A stretch of DNA of 64,000 nucleotides from a virus (IMGVR_UViG_2834631226_000004:1-64000), one strand, 5' to 3'. Positions 43,552 to 53,571 are shown, counted from the first letter of the stretch. Notes: generated by a model from the letters alone, not told the origin. Numbers and translations are program-made.

Positions 43552-44457
43552 TTACGAAGCCGCCTTTCGCAGTGCTGCCATCAGATTATCGTTTGCGGCC
43601 ATCAGTCGGCGCTTCCCTTGCCGTTCCGCTTGTTTGCCTTGGTGGCCAGCCTTCAAGCCGATATCAGCCATGTTTCTCGCAGTCCTTGCCGCTTCCAGGG
43701 TCGCCCTGTCTTCGTCCTTCAGCTCGTCAACCGCATCGAACCACTCCTTGCGATCAGCCATCGCAGTGACGATGTCCTGCCACATCATTGAGCCGCCGCC
43801 AGCGCATGTGGTCTTTTGCATTCCCAGAAAGCTATCTGAGATCCTGGCTGAGCCACACGGAAGACCATCGGGGCATCGGGTGAACGTAACCTTGCTCATG
43901 TCGGTGTTGGCGTAAGCCTTGGCTAGCTCCGCTCGCGCCTCGTCCGCCGTCATCCTCACACGCGGACCTTTGTGCTTTTTTCCGGTAAGGTATCTGGCCT
44001 TCTTCGTGTCGAGCATGTCGGCGAAGTATTGGTTGCTGTCGGTGACCTCTTGCGGATTGTCGTCTCCGCCTAACGCAACATCCACCTTGTCGCGAGATCC
44101 AAGCATGGCACCGGCCGGCATCCTTGCCGCGTACTCCTCAACGCCACCGTCGATGGTGAGACGGTACGCTTTCTCCGTCTGAGTGCCATCGCTAAACCGC
44201 AGCCGTCCGATACGTACCACCTGCCCCGCTTCGTTGCGCTCAACCTCGCCTGTTGCCACGTTCTTCATGATCTCGGCGACCGATGGGGTAACCAGCCTTT
44301 TGCGATCGTGCTTCAGGTCTTCGATTTCATCCGGGTTGTTGTCATTCGCTGGAACGACAGACCAATTGGTCTGTAGCGGCTCGGGCTGATGATCTGGTTC
44401 GGTGGCGAAGCGTCGCACCGCCGCGAGCTGCTCTGCAAGTGATCCGTGTCTGGTCAT
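43552..44457 (-). CDS. Hypothetical protein, possible late-gene regulator
   Basis: Last gene before the late leader; C-terminal helical HTH-like region; two ANDN motifs. Confidence 0.7.
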   Translation of the reverse strand: MTRHGSLAEQLAAVRRFATEPDHQPEPLQTNWSVVPANDNNPDEIEDLKHDRKRLVTPSVAEIMKNVATGEVERNEAGQVVRIGRLRFSDGTQTEKAYRLTIDGGVEEYAARMPAGAMLGSRDKVDVALGGDDNPQEVTDSNQYFADMLDTKKARYLTGKKHKGPRVRMTADEARAELAKAYANTDMSKVTFTRCPDGLPCGSARISDSFLGMQKTTCAGGGSMMWQDIVTAMADRKEWFDAVDELKDEDRATLEAARTARNMADIGLKAGHQGKQAERQGKRRLMAANDNLMAALRKAAS

Positions 44458-44498
44458 ATCGTCTCCCCTTCTGTGGTGATGGCGCTTGGTAGGCGCCA

Positions 44499-44963
44499 TT
44501 ACTGCTGCTTGGTGTTGTCGTTATCGGCCAGCCATCCTTTGACGAGCGTCACCGCTTTGCTGGCCGCTTCTGTCGTGGATGTGAACCGCACCACCTCCAC
44601 TGGGTGCCCGAGCCGCGCCAGCGACGTATGCCGCTCAACCTGAGCCGGCGACAGCCTGCCTTTGCCGACCTTGTTTTCGATCATCCGCAGCGCGCCGCCA
44701 TTGAGGTAAATCCGCAGGTCAGCTTCGCCCGGCGTCATGCCGGTTGCGATCGCGTCGGCCTGAGCACGTGGGCCGCGCTTCGCGCTGTTCATGTCGCCAG
44801 CAAGCAGGAACTGGCGGCCGTACTCCGGCAGCGACCGCAGGGCGCGAACCTGGGCCGCCTGCCCCTCGCTTTCCTTGATGGGTGCGTCTGCGACGGTGAC
44901 TTTGCCTGTCGCGGTCGTACGGATGACGACGCGCTTGCCGTTGATGCGGGTGGTTTGCTGCAT
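44499..44963 (-). CDS. VRR-NUC-like (PD-(D/E)XK) nuclease
   Basis: G...GEADL.I...IENK..GRLSPAQ..H..L..LG..V.V. Confidence 0.75.
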   Translation of the reverse strand: MQQTTRINGKRVVIRTTATGKVTVADAPIKESEGQAAQVRALRSLPEYGRQFLLAGDMNSAKRGPRAQADAIATGMTPGEADLRIYLNGGALRMIENKVGKGRLSPAQVERHTSLARLGHPVEVVRFTSTTEAASKAVTLVKGWLADNDNTKQQ

Positions 44964-45059
44964 ACTGGCCTCCTGGTGGTGCGGTGTCGTGGTGGCGACA
45001 CACATACTTTCCGAGAGAGGAGCGAAAACGGGTAGTGGATTTTGAGAAATATTTTTGGG

Positions 45060-45290
45060 TGAGCATCAGGTTGCACTCGGACCGCCCTTCTGCCCGGTGC
45101 ACGTTGCCCGAATAAATCATCTTGAGAACCGTGCGCGCGGCACACCGCCCTGCACGGTTGCACGTGTAGGGGTATATATAAATATATACCCTACTAAACG
45201 TGCACTAACCGGGCAGCGCTGTGCGGGTGTCTCCGCCCGGATGTGCACAGTTACTGCACGGATAGAATTTTGGTATCCGTGCAAACTTTA
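45060..45290. other. Putative replication origin (AT-rich palindrome plus TGCAC repeats)
   Basis: GGGTATATAT-AA-ATATATACCC (45170-45191) with multiple TGCAC/GTGCA repeats in a non-coding gap downstream of the primase-helicase block. Confidence 0.55.
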
Positions 45291-45299
45291 ACGCGAATT

Positions 45300-45710
45300 T
45301 TATGATGCGTCTTGGTTGTATTGCTGATTGTCGTTTGCGGCCTCGGTCTCGTACCAAAACTCGTGTAGATCGACGCCATCGAAGATGTTGAAGTTGTGAT
45401 GGATGAGCCAAGAAATTTGCTTAACGGTGAAATGCGGCGCAGCGCCCTGCGCCGTCAGGCGCGTTATAGTTTTTTGATATCGCCACTCGTCGATAGTCTT
45501 ATCGCTCTTTTCAGAATTGCATTGTGCGCACGAGGGTACGAGGTTTTCCAGCCTGTTCGAGCCGCCGCGTGACGAAGGAATCGCATGGTCAATGTGATAC
45601 TTCTCGCCGAAATTCACCCCGCAATAATAGCAAAAACCACCCGTTTTTCTAAGCACCGCCTCCTGTACCAGAGGTCTAACGGCGTGCCACGGCATAGTTG
45701 CGTAAGTCAT
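45300..45710 (-). CDS. HNH endonuclease
   Basis: CYYCG..HIDHAIPSSRGGSN..NLV.SC..CN..K. Confidence 0.88.
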   Translation of the reverse strand: MTYATMPWHAVRPLVQEAVLRKTGGFCYYCGVNFGEKYHIDHAIPSSRGGSNRLENLVPSCAQCNSEKSDKTIDEWRYQKTITRLTAQGAAPHFTVKQISWLIHHNFNIFDGVDLHEFWYETEAANDNQQYNQDAS

Positions 45711-45922
45711 TAAGCCTCCTTCGGCCAATCTTTCGGCCTATATCCTTCATCGTAAGCCATCATCAGCAGAGCGACGTGCGTTGGTATTTGGCGTGGGTTC
45801 TTTTCGCGCTCATAAGTGCTGACTGTGAGCGCTGTGGCGTACTGTAGAACACGCGAAAGCTGGGCCTGCGTGAGGCCCAGTCTCTGTCGGATTGCGCGGA
45901 ATTCGGTGTTGGTCATTGTCAT
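45710..45922 (-). CDS. Small XRE-like HTH protein (paralogue of 56859..57059)
   Basis: EFRAIRQRLGLTQAQL..VL.Y..ALLM.AYDEGYRP.DWP. Confidence 0.8.
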   Translation of the reverse strand: MTMTNTEFRAIRQRLGLTQAQLSRVLQYATALTVSTYEREKNPRQIPTHVALLMMAYDEGYRPKDWPKEA

Positions 45923-46554
45923 GAAGGTACAGCGTTCGCAAAGTCATATACTGCGGTTCGCCTGCTTCTTTCCATCCATACGTCGAGATCAGCGACCATG
46001 TATCGTACGTTTCCGCCTATCTTGTGGTAAACTGGGCCGCTGCCATTAAGGCGAGTTTTGTCAAGCCAAGATTTTGATTTACCTAGATATTTTGCCGCAT
46101 CGGAAGTGGTCATTGTTGACGACTTATCTTGTTTTAGTCGAACCATTCCTGTGATGCTTGATTGATCTGCAGGTTCGGCAAATGCACTTTCTTCGACAAG
46201 CCTTCTTCGCTTCATGGCCACGACCAAAGCGTCAACCTCTTTGGCAAAATCACCCCGAGTGAAGAAAGCCTCGTAGAGTTCATCTATCATTTCTACAGTA
46301 ACGGAGAACCACTCAAGCATCACATTTTCAGATCTGAACTCCTGATGGCAAGCTCTCTCGAAATCTCTCGCGTCATCTTCTGATAAGAACTTCCATTTCT
46401 TTTTTATATGCAAGCGATACGGGTTGCCGGTCTGTAGACCATTAAGGCGCGACTCCGCGTTTCTCGCTATGCCGATCTTGATTATTTTCTCGAACCCAGG
46501 GTGGCTGGCGTGCATACCAATGGCGTAAACATAACACGTTTGACCAATTGTCAT
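45919..46554 (-). CDS. GIY-YIG-like (T5orf172) domain fused to an excisionase-type HTH
   Basis: YVYAI..IKIGIA..R..GLQTGNP..E..EWF, then TSDAAKYLG..SWL.K.R..G.GP.Y.KIG..VRY..DLD.W. Confidence 0.75.
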   Translation of the reverse strand: MTIGQTCYVYAIGMHASHPGFEKIIKIGIARNAESRLNGLQTGNPYRLHIKKKWKFLSEDDARDFERACHQEFRSENVMLEWFSVTVEMIDELYEAFFTRGDFAKEVDALVVAMKRRRLVEESAFAEPADQSSITGMVRLKQDKSSTMTTSDAAKYLGKSKSWLDKTRLNGSGPVYHKIGGNVRYMVADLDVWMERSRRTAVYDFANAVPS

Positions 46555-46850
46555 TCAAGTCTCCTCTTGTGGCGTGGTGTTGGTAAATACACATATAGGC
46601 TTATACGCCTAGTAAGTCAATACGCCTACAAAAGAAAAAGAGACAGAAGCCCCGCTTATTCACCTGGATGTTTGCACGTCATGATGTTTTCTCTCTATTG
46701 AAAAATTCCATAACCGCCGGGCGACCGAACCCAACAAAAAAAGGCCGGTGCATCGCTGCCCCAGCCTTCCTGTAGCTATCGCCCCTGCCAGTACATCCGT
46801 GGTCGACGATAAAGCCGACGCGCTCAACGCGCTGCCATGGAAGTCCTAAC

Positions 46851-48281
46851 TCAGATGGTGGCGTCTGGTTCCTTATCATCGCTGGTCGCGGGCTTCCGCC
46901 AAGACGGCTTCTTGCCCTTTTCCTTCGGGGTCTGCTCGAGTTGACCCCGCTCTCTCAGTCTATAAAACACAGACTTCATTGAGTTTTCTGACTTGATGCC
47001 GGTTAGTTCGCGCGCGATCAGGTTCGTGATCTCAGGTTCATCTTTTAGGTAGTCCATTACCATTTGCTCTGGCGACGCCAGGCTCTCATGCCGCAAAACA
47101 ACCAACACAGACTGATCAGTCTCGCTGATTTGAGGCGGTTTGAGCCTTAGTTTTCCCATAGCTTCAAAGGCGGTTTTTACTCCCTCACCGACATCTTTGT
47201 TGGGCGGGTTTTTGAACTTGTTTATAAGGCGAACAAGCTTTGCGTTTCGCGCGAACTGCGTTTTTGTAATGTTCGCGGGAGTGACGTGTCCAGGAAGTCG
47301 CCCGGGGCTCTCGATTTCGACCCGATTGTCGAAGATTCGGATCTGCACGTCGGATGCGACGCTGTAGTCCCTGTGAAGTACGGCGTTGGTAACTATTTCA
47401 TGGAGAGCTTCTTCCGGATAGGAGACTTTTTCCATCTTCTCCTCTCCAAGCTTCTCCATGCCTTCAACGATCTGCTTAACCTGATCAACAGCATCATATA
47501 TTAAGCTGTATATCGGCCCCTCGATCGTTACAGGATCAAAGGCTAAGAAGTCCCTCTCCGCTTCTTTTTTTGTTTGGTACCTCAGTATTTTTATCGCAGA
47601 TCTTTTTGGCAGTATCGACTGTGGGTTATCCGAGAACAGAAGTATACCAGCCACGGTGGGTCGATCACCGGTGATAACTCTCTGCTTTGTCAACCACTCA
47701 AGTGGCTCACCGGTGGGGATTGCGTCCAACAGGAACTCAAGGATTGCAACCGAATTGGTTATCTCTTCAACTTCAATATTTACGGGCTCATCCTCGAAAG
47801 ACCTAACGCCCTTGTCATACTTTAGGCGATCAACGGCCTCTGCCCCAGAAAGAGGGAGACTCTGGGCGTTTCGTCTAACGTAAATTTTGCCATCCGTAGC
47901 TGAGATGATTTCTTGTGACTTGAAAATGTTTATGTGAAGCACAAGGCCCGAGTGATCTTTCGCTCGAAAGAATTCCGCTGTGTAATTGTTGGCAAGCGGC
48001 CCTAAAGACTCCATTACCTGAAAGATCGGGTTACAGGCCTCCTGATCGGCAAACCCCTTCCACAAGCGCTCTTTGCCGTCGGCGCTGATTACTTCCTCAA
48101 TCCCGATATACACGTCTCCTCCACCGGTGTTGGCGAATGCAGAAAAGGTTTTTGTTAATTTAGAGGGTAAAATTTCTGCACTTTTAAGATCGGCGAAATG
48201 GCCCTCACTCATTTGTAAAAGGTCGGACACCCTGTCCGGATCAATATCAACAATTTCGAATGTCATTCCCATTTGCCCCAC
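46851..48281 (-). CDS. Schlafen/AlbA_2 domain plus RecG-C-like ATP-binding domain (moron)
   Basis: E..DLK..SAFANTGGG..IGI, YPEEALHEIVTNAVLHRDY, DNRVEIESPG.LP, RN..L; lower GC than its neighbours. Confidence 0.85.
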   Translation of the reverse strand: MGQMGMTFEIVDIDPDRVSDLLQMSEGHFADLKSAEILPSKLTKTFSAFANTGGGDVYIGIEEVISADGKERLWKGFADQEACNPIFQVMESLGPLANNYTAEFFRAKDHSGLVLHINIFKSQEIISATDGKIYVRRNAQSLPLSGAEAVDRLKYDKGVRSFEDEPVNIEVEEITNSVAILEFLLDAIPTGEPLEWLTKQRVITGDRPTVAGILLFSDNPQSILPKRSAIKILRYQTKKEAERDFLAFDPVTIEGPIYSLIYDAVDQVKQIVEGMEKLGEEKMEKVSYPEEALHEIVTNAVLHRDYSVASDVQIRIFDNRVEIESPGRLPGHVTPANITKTQFARNAKLVRLINKFKNPPNKDVGEGVKTAFEAMGKLRLKPPQISETDQSVLVVLRHESLASPEQMVMDYLKDEPEITNLIARELTGIKSENSMKSVFYRLRERGQLEQTPKEKGKKPSWRKPATSDDKEPDATI

Positions 48282-48435
48282 ATCGATTCACCGGTGAAAC
48301 TGCACTAAAGTGAATAACGCAAATTTTTACAACCGGAATTTGACGCAGCGCCACTCAAAGTATACCTCCCGCAATGTTAAAGCCGCCAACCCAAAAAATG
48401 GCCGCGGCTCTATTTTTCGTAACATACGGCAAATC

Positions 48436-50634
48436 CTAAGCCGCCCTCACAAACACCGCTAGCTCGCGCCGCACAGGATCCCGCTCCTCGCGCTCGACAA
48501 GCGCACCTTCACGCATCAGGGCGGTCACAAGGCTGGCCGCGCGCTTGCGCTGCACGTTGTCGTCCAAATCCAGCCCCACAGCGTAAGCTACAGCGCCTCC
48601 AACCCAGTTCTTGGCCTTCGGTGACTTCTTGTAGTCGGACGCGCTCACGGCCGCCAGGATGGACGCGCGCTGGTCTTCTGTCAGGTCTCCCGCCACGTCC
48701 TCGGCGCTCGGCCAATGCCACTCTGTCACGACAGGCGCAAAGTCCTGCGGCTGAGCAAGGCCGGTCCCGTTTCCAAGCGGCGTCGACACCAGATGGCGCC
48801 ACTCCGCCTTATGCGAAAGCGGCGTCAGGTTCGACTTGCCGTAGGTGGTGTAGAAGTAGCTGAAGCGGTCAGCCTTATCGATGCCAGCCTCGCCTGCCTG
48901 CTCTTCTGACATGCGGTTGAGGACTCGTACCGAACGCGCCGCGCCTATCAGTGACACCGCCCCACGCGCATCTTCAACCGTCGCCTCTCGGTCAGCGACC
49001 TTGCGAAGGTGGTGCACGATGTCGATTGAGCAGTTGGTGTAGTCAGCAATCTGGGCCCACAGCTTCGCCACCTTGTCGATCGCGCCGTTGTCGTTCTCAT
49101 TGACGCCATGCGTGGACACAAACGGGTCGACAATCATCACGTCGATGCCATTGCGCTCGATCTGCTCAACCACGGCTTCGACGATCGGCTGCTGGATGCG
49201 CACGCCGGCCTTCTTGTCTTCGATGGCAACGCATAGCTCCTGCTCACGGCCGCTGTCGAGGAACAGATGCCCTTCTAGGTCGGCTGGCTTCAGCTTATAG
49301 TGTATGCAAGCAGCCATGATACGCCGCTCCATTTCGTCACGCGGATCTTCGGCGTTGAATATCCAGGTGCGCAGACGCTTGGGCGGTTTGGTGCCAAGCA
49401 GCGCCCTACCCGACACCATGGCGAGCGCCTCGGCGATGCTGCTCGACGTCTTGCCTAGTCCGCCCGGTGACACCGTGACCGAGACGTACTTGCGGATGAA
49501 GTGAGAGCCGTACGCGAACTCACGGCGCGGCAGTGTTTTGGGGTCGATCCACTTGAAGGCGGTTGCGGTGATTGGTGACAGAGGCGCGTTGTCGTTGGCG
49601 GGCCCGATATCACCAGCGGGTGACTCCTCTTCCGTCGGCACGGCCTCCATCACGACATCCGCTTCTACCGCAGCCGCCTGCTCGCGCAGCCTGCCTTTTT
49701 CAAGGCCTCGCTGTATCATCCGCGTAATGTCCACCAGACGCGTGTTGTCGTGCGCCGGGAAGTCGGGCTCAGGAATGTGGCGCGGGTTCTGGATGCCAGC
49801 CTTAAGACCGTTCTCGATGGTCTTGCAGCAGCGCGACCAGTCCCTGCCCCAGCCGCGAGCAACGTCCTGAAGCAAGGCACGCGCCTCGGCCTCGCTGAGC
49901 GCTCCGGCACCGACGATAGTGCCGATCGAGAACGCCGCGTCGTTGAGCGCATTGTTGCGCGTGCCCATCGGGGCGCCTGCAAGGTCAGCGAGCTCACGGT
50001 CGACGGCCGCATCGACATACGCGTTGTTGGTGGCTGCAGACAGACTGTACTGCGTATGGGCTGGTGCAGACTTCGGCAGCAGCAGGTCGAGCAGCCAAGC
50101 CGGCGCGTCCGCAATCTCGCGCGTGTCCGTCTCCCACTTGTAGGAGCGCCCATTGGCCATCGTGCTGCCAGCGGCCAGCACGTAGCCACCCTCGGACCGG
50201 ATATCGACGCCAGCGCCAAGAGCGCCGCGGTTGCGCGTGCCCACGACGTACTTGAAGTAGATGTGCATCCCGCCGTTCGGGCTCGTCACGCGGGCCGTGT
50301 CGGGCAGCGGTCCGTGCTCGGCTTCCATCTCAGCCAGCCAGTCGAAGCCATTAGCGCCGCCCGGCTTGTTGTCGATGTCGAGTGCGAAGAAGCCGGTCTT
50401 CTCGCCAGTCGGCAGGCCAACGGCGGCATCCGGCCAGTCCGACCACCATCTTTCGATGATGCGCGGAAAACGCGTCGCGCCCTTGAAGCCATTGGGCGTC
50501 AAAGGCGTCTTTTCGCCAAGCGTAATGATCTCGCCTGTTGCCTGGTCGACATGCTCCTCGGCGTGCGAACGGCATGGAAAGACCGGCCAGCCTTGGGCGA
50601 CGTAGTGTTGCGCTAATTCAAGCGGCGTTTGCAA
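48436..50634 (-). CDS. Bifunctional primase-polymerase fused to an AAA_25 (RepA-type) helicase
   Basis: GWPVFPC..W..W..A..GL.TG..LDID, TP.GG.H.YF, GVDIR..GGYV; SPGGLGKT (Walker A), IVDPF (Walker B). Confidence 0.9.
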   Translation of the reverse strand: MQTPLELAQHYVAQGWPVFPCRSHAEEHVDQATGEIITLGEKTPLTPNGFKGATRFPRIIERWWSDWPDAAVGLPTGEKTGFFALDIDNKPGGANGFDWLAEMEAEHGPLPDTARVTSPNGGMHIYFKYVVGTRNRGALGAGVDIRSEGGYVLAAGSTMANGRSYKWETDTREIADAPAWLLDLLLPKSAPAHTQYSLSAATNNAYVDAAVDRELADLAGAPMGTRNNALNDAAFSIGTIVGAGALSEAEARALLQDVARGWGRDWSRCCKTIENGLKAGIQNPRHIPEPDFPAHDNTRLVDITRMIQRGLEKGRLREQAAAVEADVVMEAVPTEEESPAGDIGPANDNAPLSPITATAFKWIDPKTLPRREFAYGSHFIRKYVSVTVSPGGLGKTSSSIAEALAMVSGRALLGTKPPKRLRTWIFNAEDPRDEMERRIMAACIHYKLKPADLEGHLFLDSGREQELCVAIEDKKAGVRIQQPIVEAVVEQIERNGIDVMIVDPFVSTHGVNENDNGAIDKVAKLWAQIADYTNCSIDIVHHLRKVADREATVEDARGAVSLIGAARSVRVLNRMSEEQAGEAGIDKADRFSYFYTTYGKSNLTPLSHKAEWRHLVSTPLGNGTGLAQPQDFAPVVTEWHWPSAEDVAGDLTEDQRASILAAVSASDYKKSPKAKNWVGGAVAYAVGLDLDDNVQRKRAASLVTALMREGALVEREERDPVRRELAVFVRAA

Positions 50635-52336
50635 TTGGGGTCTCCCGATTGTCGTTGGCGACCGTACGAGGAGCATCATCAGCCATTATGGCGCCGACGC
50701 ATGCTTCCATCTTAGCGACCGAGACGGCGTTCCCGATCTGCTTGATTTTATCTGTCTTTGTACCTGCGAATTCGTAGGTATACTCTTCTGTATTGAAGCC
50801 CATTGCCGCGGCAAGTTCATGTGGCTCCAGCATCCGGAAAAGTATGTCATACTGCTGAGCAGGTTCTACCAGCACGCCTTGCCCGAGCGTCGGACCAACC
50901 GGCAGGGGTTGGCCCAGGTCGTGAACGCGCGGCGCCTGACCTTCACGCTCCCCGAACTGTGCCGCGATGAAAGCGAAATCCCCACCCTTTGCCGTGGTCA
51001 TCGTGGGTATTGGATCAACATCGATGTCGCGGGCCTGCGGGCCGCCGTTGCTATTGGTGACTGGAACAACCATCCCAAACCGCCCCTTGCTGGTTATCGT
51101 AGGCAGAGCGTCGTCTACGGTATTGCAGGTTTCGCCAGAGCCGGAGCCGTAATAAGGGGAAATAAGAGCGTGGGACGCGCCGTTGCCGCCTGTGGTTTGC
51201 GTGGGAATAGGATTGCTGACGCCACGCGGTGAACCGCCTGATGCTTGGGACAGGACAAATGGCTCAGCAAGCCAAACGCCGCCTTTCGTATCCAGCGTAG
51301 GGATGAGGCCTTCAGAAACTCCCTCAGCCTTGTTACCTTTTCGACCGTTCATGATGATCGGTTCCGCCGCATACAGATGAGGAGCATGAGCCGTTTGCGT
51401 CGGTAAAGGATCGCCCGATCCTGTTGCTGTCGACTGCCCCTTCATGTTCACAATTACGGGCTCCGCGATCCCGATGTGCATACCGTTGGCGGCTATTGTC
51501 GGTAGCGGTTGATCAATGTCCTGGGCTGACATGTGATTCCGGAGTATGACAAGATACGGTTCCGGCCAGCCAAACTTGACGGAGCCGGCATAGATGCGTG
51601 CAAGCGTCTTTGCTGCAAGTGGCTTCTTTCGGTTGAGAATTGAACGACCTTTGATTTCCCAGTCGATGATCTCGCGAGCTGGACGCCAAGACTTTTTATC
51701 ACCGAACAAATCTGCGTTGACGTTGTCCCGCTTTTGATGAGTTGGAGTCGGCCAATGAATCTTTCGACCGTCAGAGCGTCCCATAAGGATGAATCGCTGC
51801 CTAGTAGTGGCGTCACCATAGTCTGCGGCGTTTAGTTTTCTCCACTCCAGATGAAAGCCAAGTCGCTTGAGGGTGTCGATCCAAGCATGAAAGTACTCGC
51901 CCTTACGGCTCGGAATGGGTCGGCCCGTTCTGATGTTTACCGGACCCCAACCGGTGAACTCCCAGACGTTTTCTATGATGATCCGCTTTACACGAAGCTC
52001 GGTAAGCCAAGTAATGATATGCCAAGGGTCGGATCGTTGCTGATCGCTGGTAGGCTTGCCACCTCTCGCCACAGAATGATGGGTGCAAGTGGGCGAGGCC
52101 ATAAGGAGGTCAAGGTATCCCTCTGGCACCAATAGATGCGGTCGAACGGTCGAAATGTCCTCAACGTAGTGTCTGGCTTCTGGATGATTAATGGTGTGCG
52201 TTTCGATAGCTGTCGGCCAATGGTTCACGCATACCAGGTCCATTTCCAGACCCAGTTTTTTAAGTGCCCTGTAGGCGCCCGTGGACGATCCGCCTGCCCC
52301 GCATAGCAGGTCAGCTACCTTAATCTTGCGCTTCAT
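50618..52336 (-). CDS. C5-cytosine DNA methyltransferase with long repetitive variable region
   Basis: DLLCGAGG, MASPTC, IENV, ADYG..T.R.RF, QIGNAV. Confidence 0.9.
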   Translation of the reverse strand: MKRKIKVADLLCGAGGSSTGAYRALKKLGLEMDLVCVNHWPTAIETHTINHPEARHYVEDISTVRPHLLVPEGYLDLLMASPTCTHHSVARGGKPTSDQQRSDPWHIITWLTELRVKRIIIENVWEFTGWGPVNIRTGRPIPSRKGEYFHAWIDTLKRLGFHLEWRKLNAADYGDATTRQRFILMGRSDGRKIHWPTPTHQKRDNVNADLFGDKKSWRPAREIIDWEIKGRSILNRKKPLAAKTLARIYAGSVKFGWPEPYLVILRNHMSAQDIDQPLPTIAANGMHIGIAEPVIVNMKGQSTATGSGDPLPTQTAHAPHLYAAEPIIMNGRKGNKAEGVSEGLIPTLDTKGGVWLAEPFVLSQASGGSPRGVSNPIPTQTTGGNGASHALISPYYGSGSGETCNTVDDALPTITSKGRFGMVVPVTNSNGGPQARDIDVDPIPTMTTAKGGDFAFIAAQFGEREGQAPRVHDLGQPLPVGPTLGQGVLVEPAQQYDILFRMLEPHELAAAMGFNTEEYTYEFAGTKTDKIKQIGNAVSVAKMEACVGAIMADDAPRTVANDNRETPIANAA

Positions 52337-52381
52337 GTGTTCTCCTCAGAACTTATTTTTTCAGCTGATTACCTGTTGCGA

Positions 52382-52756
52382 CTAAAAAGGCGCCTCGCTC
52401 AACGCCGCCCTTAGCCCCCGAGCGCAGCCCTCCCACGCTGCCTTGACCATCATGCGCTGCATGAGCTCGTCAAAGTGCGCCAGGTCCGTCACGCCATGCT
52501 CGGCGATGTATTCGCCGACGGCATCCACGCCGGCATCCAGGGCGCGCAGCTCGTAATCGTCGAGGCGATCGATCTTCTTGTAGTTGTCGATGCCCACGGC
52601 GCACCTCCGGCAGATGTAGTGAGGGTCTTTGTCGCGACCGTTGGCGTTCACGCCAATACCGAAGGCGTGCATCCCGCAGACAAAGCAGGTGGTGGGGTTA
52701 TGGTCGGCGTCGACCGTCGGCGTGTGCTGGCGTGGGGTGGTTGGGAGTTTGGTCAT
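52382..52756 (-). CDS. Hypothetical Zn-finger protein
   Basis: CFVCG..ICRRC; ends SEAPF. Confidence 0.65.
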   Translation of the reverse strand: MTKLPTTPRQHTPTVDADHNPTTCFVCGMHAFGIGVNANGRDKDPHYICRRCAVGIDNYKKIDRLDDYELRALDAGVDAVGEYIAEHGVTDLAHFDELMQRMMVKAAWEGCARGLRAALSEAPF

Positions 52757-53571
52757 GCTGCCCTCCCGAACAAGTCTGCCTGAACCGGCGACACATTGTC
52801 ATTGTCGGCCTCAACGACGTGCACCTCTTCCAGCCGTTCAAACTCGATGCAAACGATCTCGCACATGGGCGAAACACCCTTCCAATCATTGATATAGAAA
52901 GACGTGTCGATCCCGCAGCCGGCCTCGAAGTGAAGGCCGGTGAGCTCCTGGAATTTTACCGCTTTGCCGTCCTTTTGGCGCTCGTAGCAAGGCCGTCCGC
53001 TGTAGTTGAAGCCCGCTGACATCTGCGGGACGATGAATGCACCAGTGTCGGCCAGATGAGCGGCGATATCGATGACGTGGAATTCGAACTCTGCGCCGGT
53101 GTAGCGAGGAGCGCCGCCGTTGCGCTTGATCTTGCCGAAAGGCGGGTTGCTGATCGCAACGTCAAACCTGCCCAGCCCCATTTCCAGCACGTCCATCACG
53201 TCGGCGAGAATCCATTCCGCCTCCGGCAAAATCGTCTGACCGACGGCGAGATAATCCGGATTGCGCTCCACGCAGGTGATGCGGGCCTTTTGGTGGCTAC
53301 GGTGCCAGCAAGCGTACGACAGCATTCCAATGCCAGCGCACAGATCGATGATCCGCCCGCCGTATCCGCCTTGCCCGATGGCGTCGATCGTGAAATCAAA
53401 CGCCATATCGTACGGTGTGAAAAAAGCGCCAGTAGCGCCGTTGACGTGGGTCGCGCCCTCGTTCCAGTTTTTGAGGACGAAGTCCTTGTCGTCTTCAGTT
53501 AGAGCCGGCTTCGTCAGCAGGTCGCAGGCCTGCGTATGGGCCTTTGCTTGAGCTTTCGTGAGCTTGGCCAT
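52753..53571 (-). CDS. Putative amino (N6/N4) DNA methyltransferase, gamma-like motif order
   Basis: GAFFTP, IIDLCAGIG (SAM motif), ISNPPF (catalytic motif). Confidence 0.8.
   Translation of the reverse strand: MAKLTKAQAKAHTQACDLLTKPALTEDDKDFVLKNWNEGATHVNGATGAFFTPYDMAFDFTIDAIGQGGYGGRIIDLCAGIGMLSYACWHRSHQKARITCVERNPDYLAVGQTILPEAEWILADVMDVLEMGLGRFDVAISNPPFGKIKRNGGAPRYTGAEFEFHVIDIAAHLADTGAFIVPQMSAGFNYSGRPCYERQKDGKAVKFQELTGLHFEAGCGIDTSFYINDWKGVSPMCEIVCIEFERLEEVHVVEADNDNVSPVQADLFGRAA

Noticed and set aside
45905-45945. Possible interrupted ANDN (GCG AAC ...13 nt... GAC AAT) at the end of the GIY-YIG/HTH gene
   Set aside because: The GAC AAT bases are explained by the ATG ACA ATG start of the next gene; not counted.
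46679-46879. 66-aa ORF downstream of the Schlafen gene
   Set aside because: No motif or convincing RBS; overlaps the Schlafen stop and a terminator-like region.
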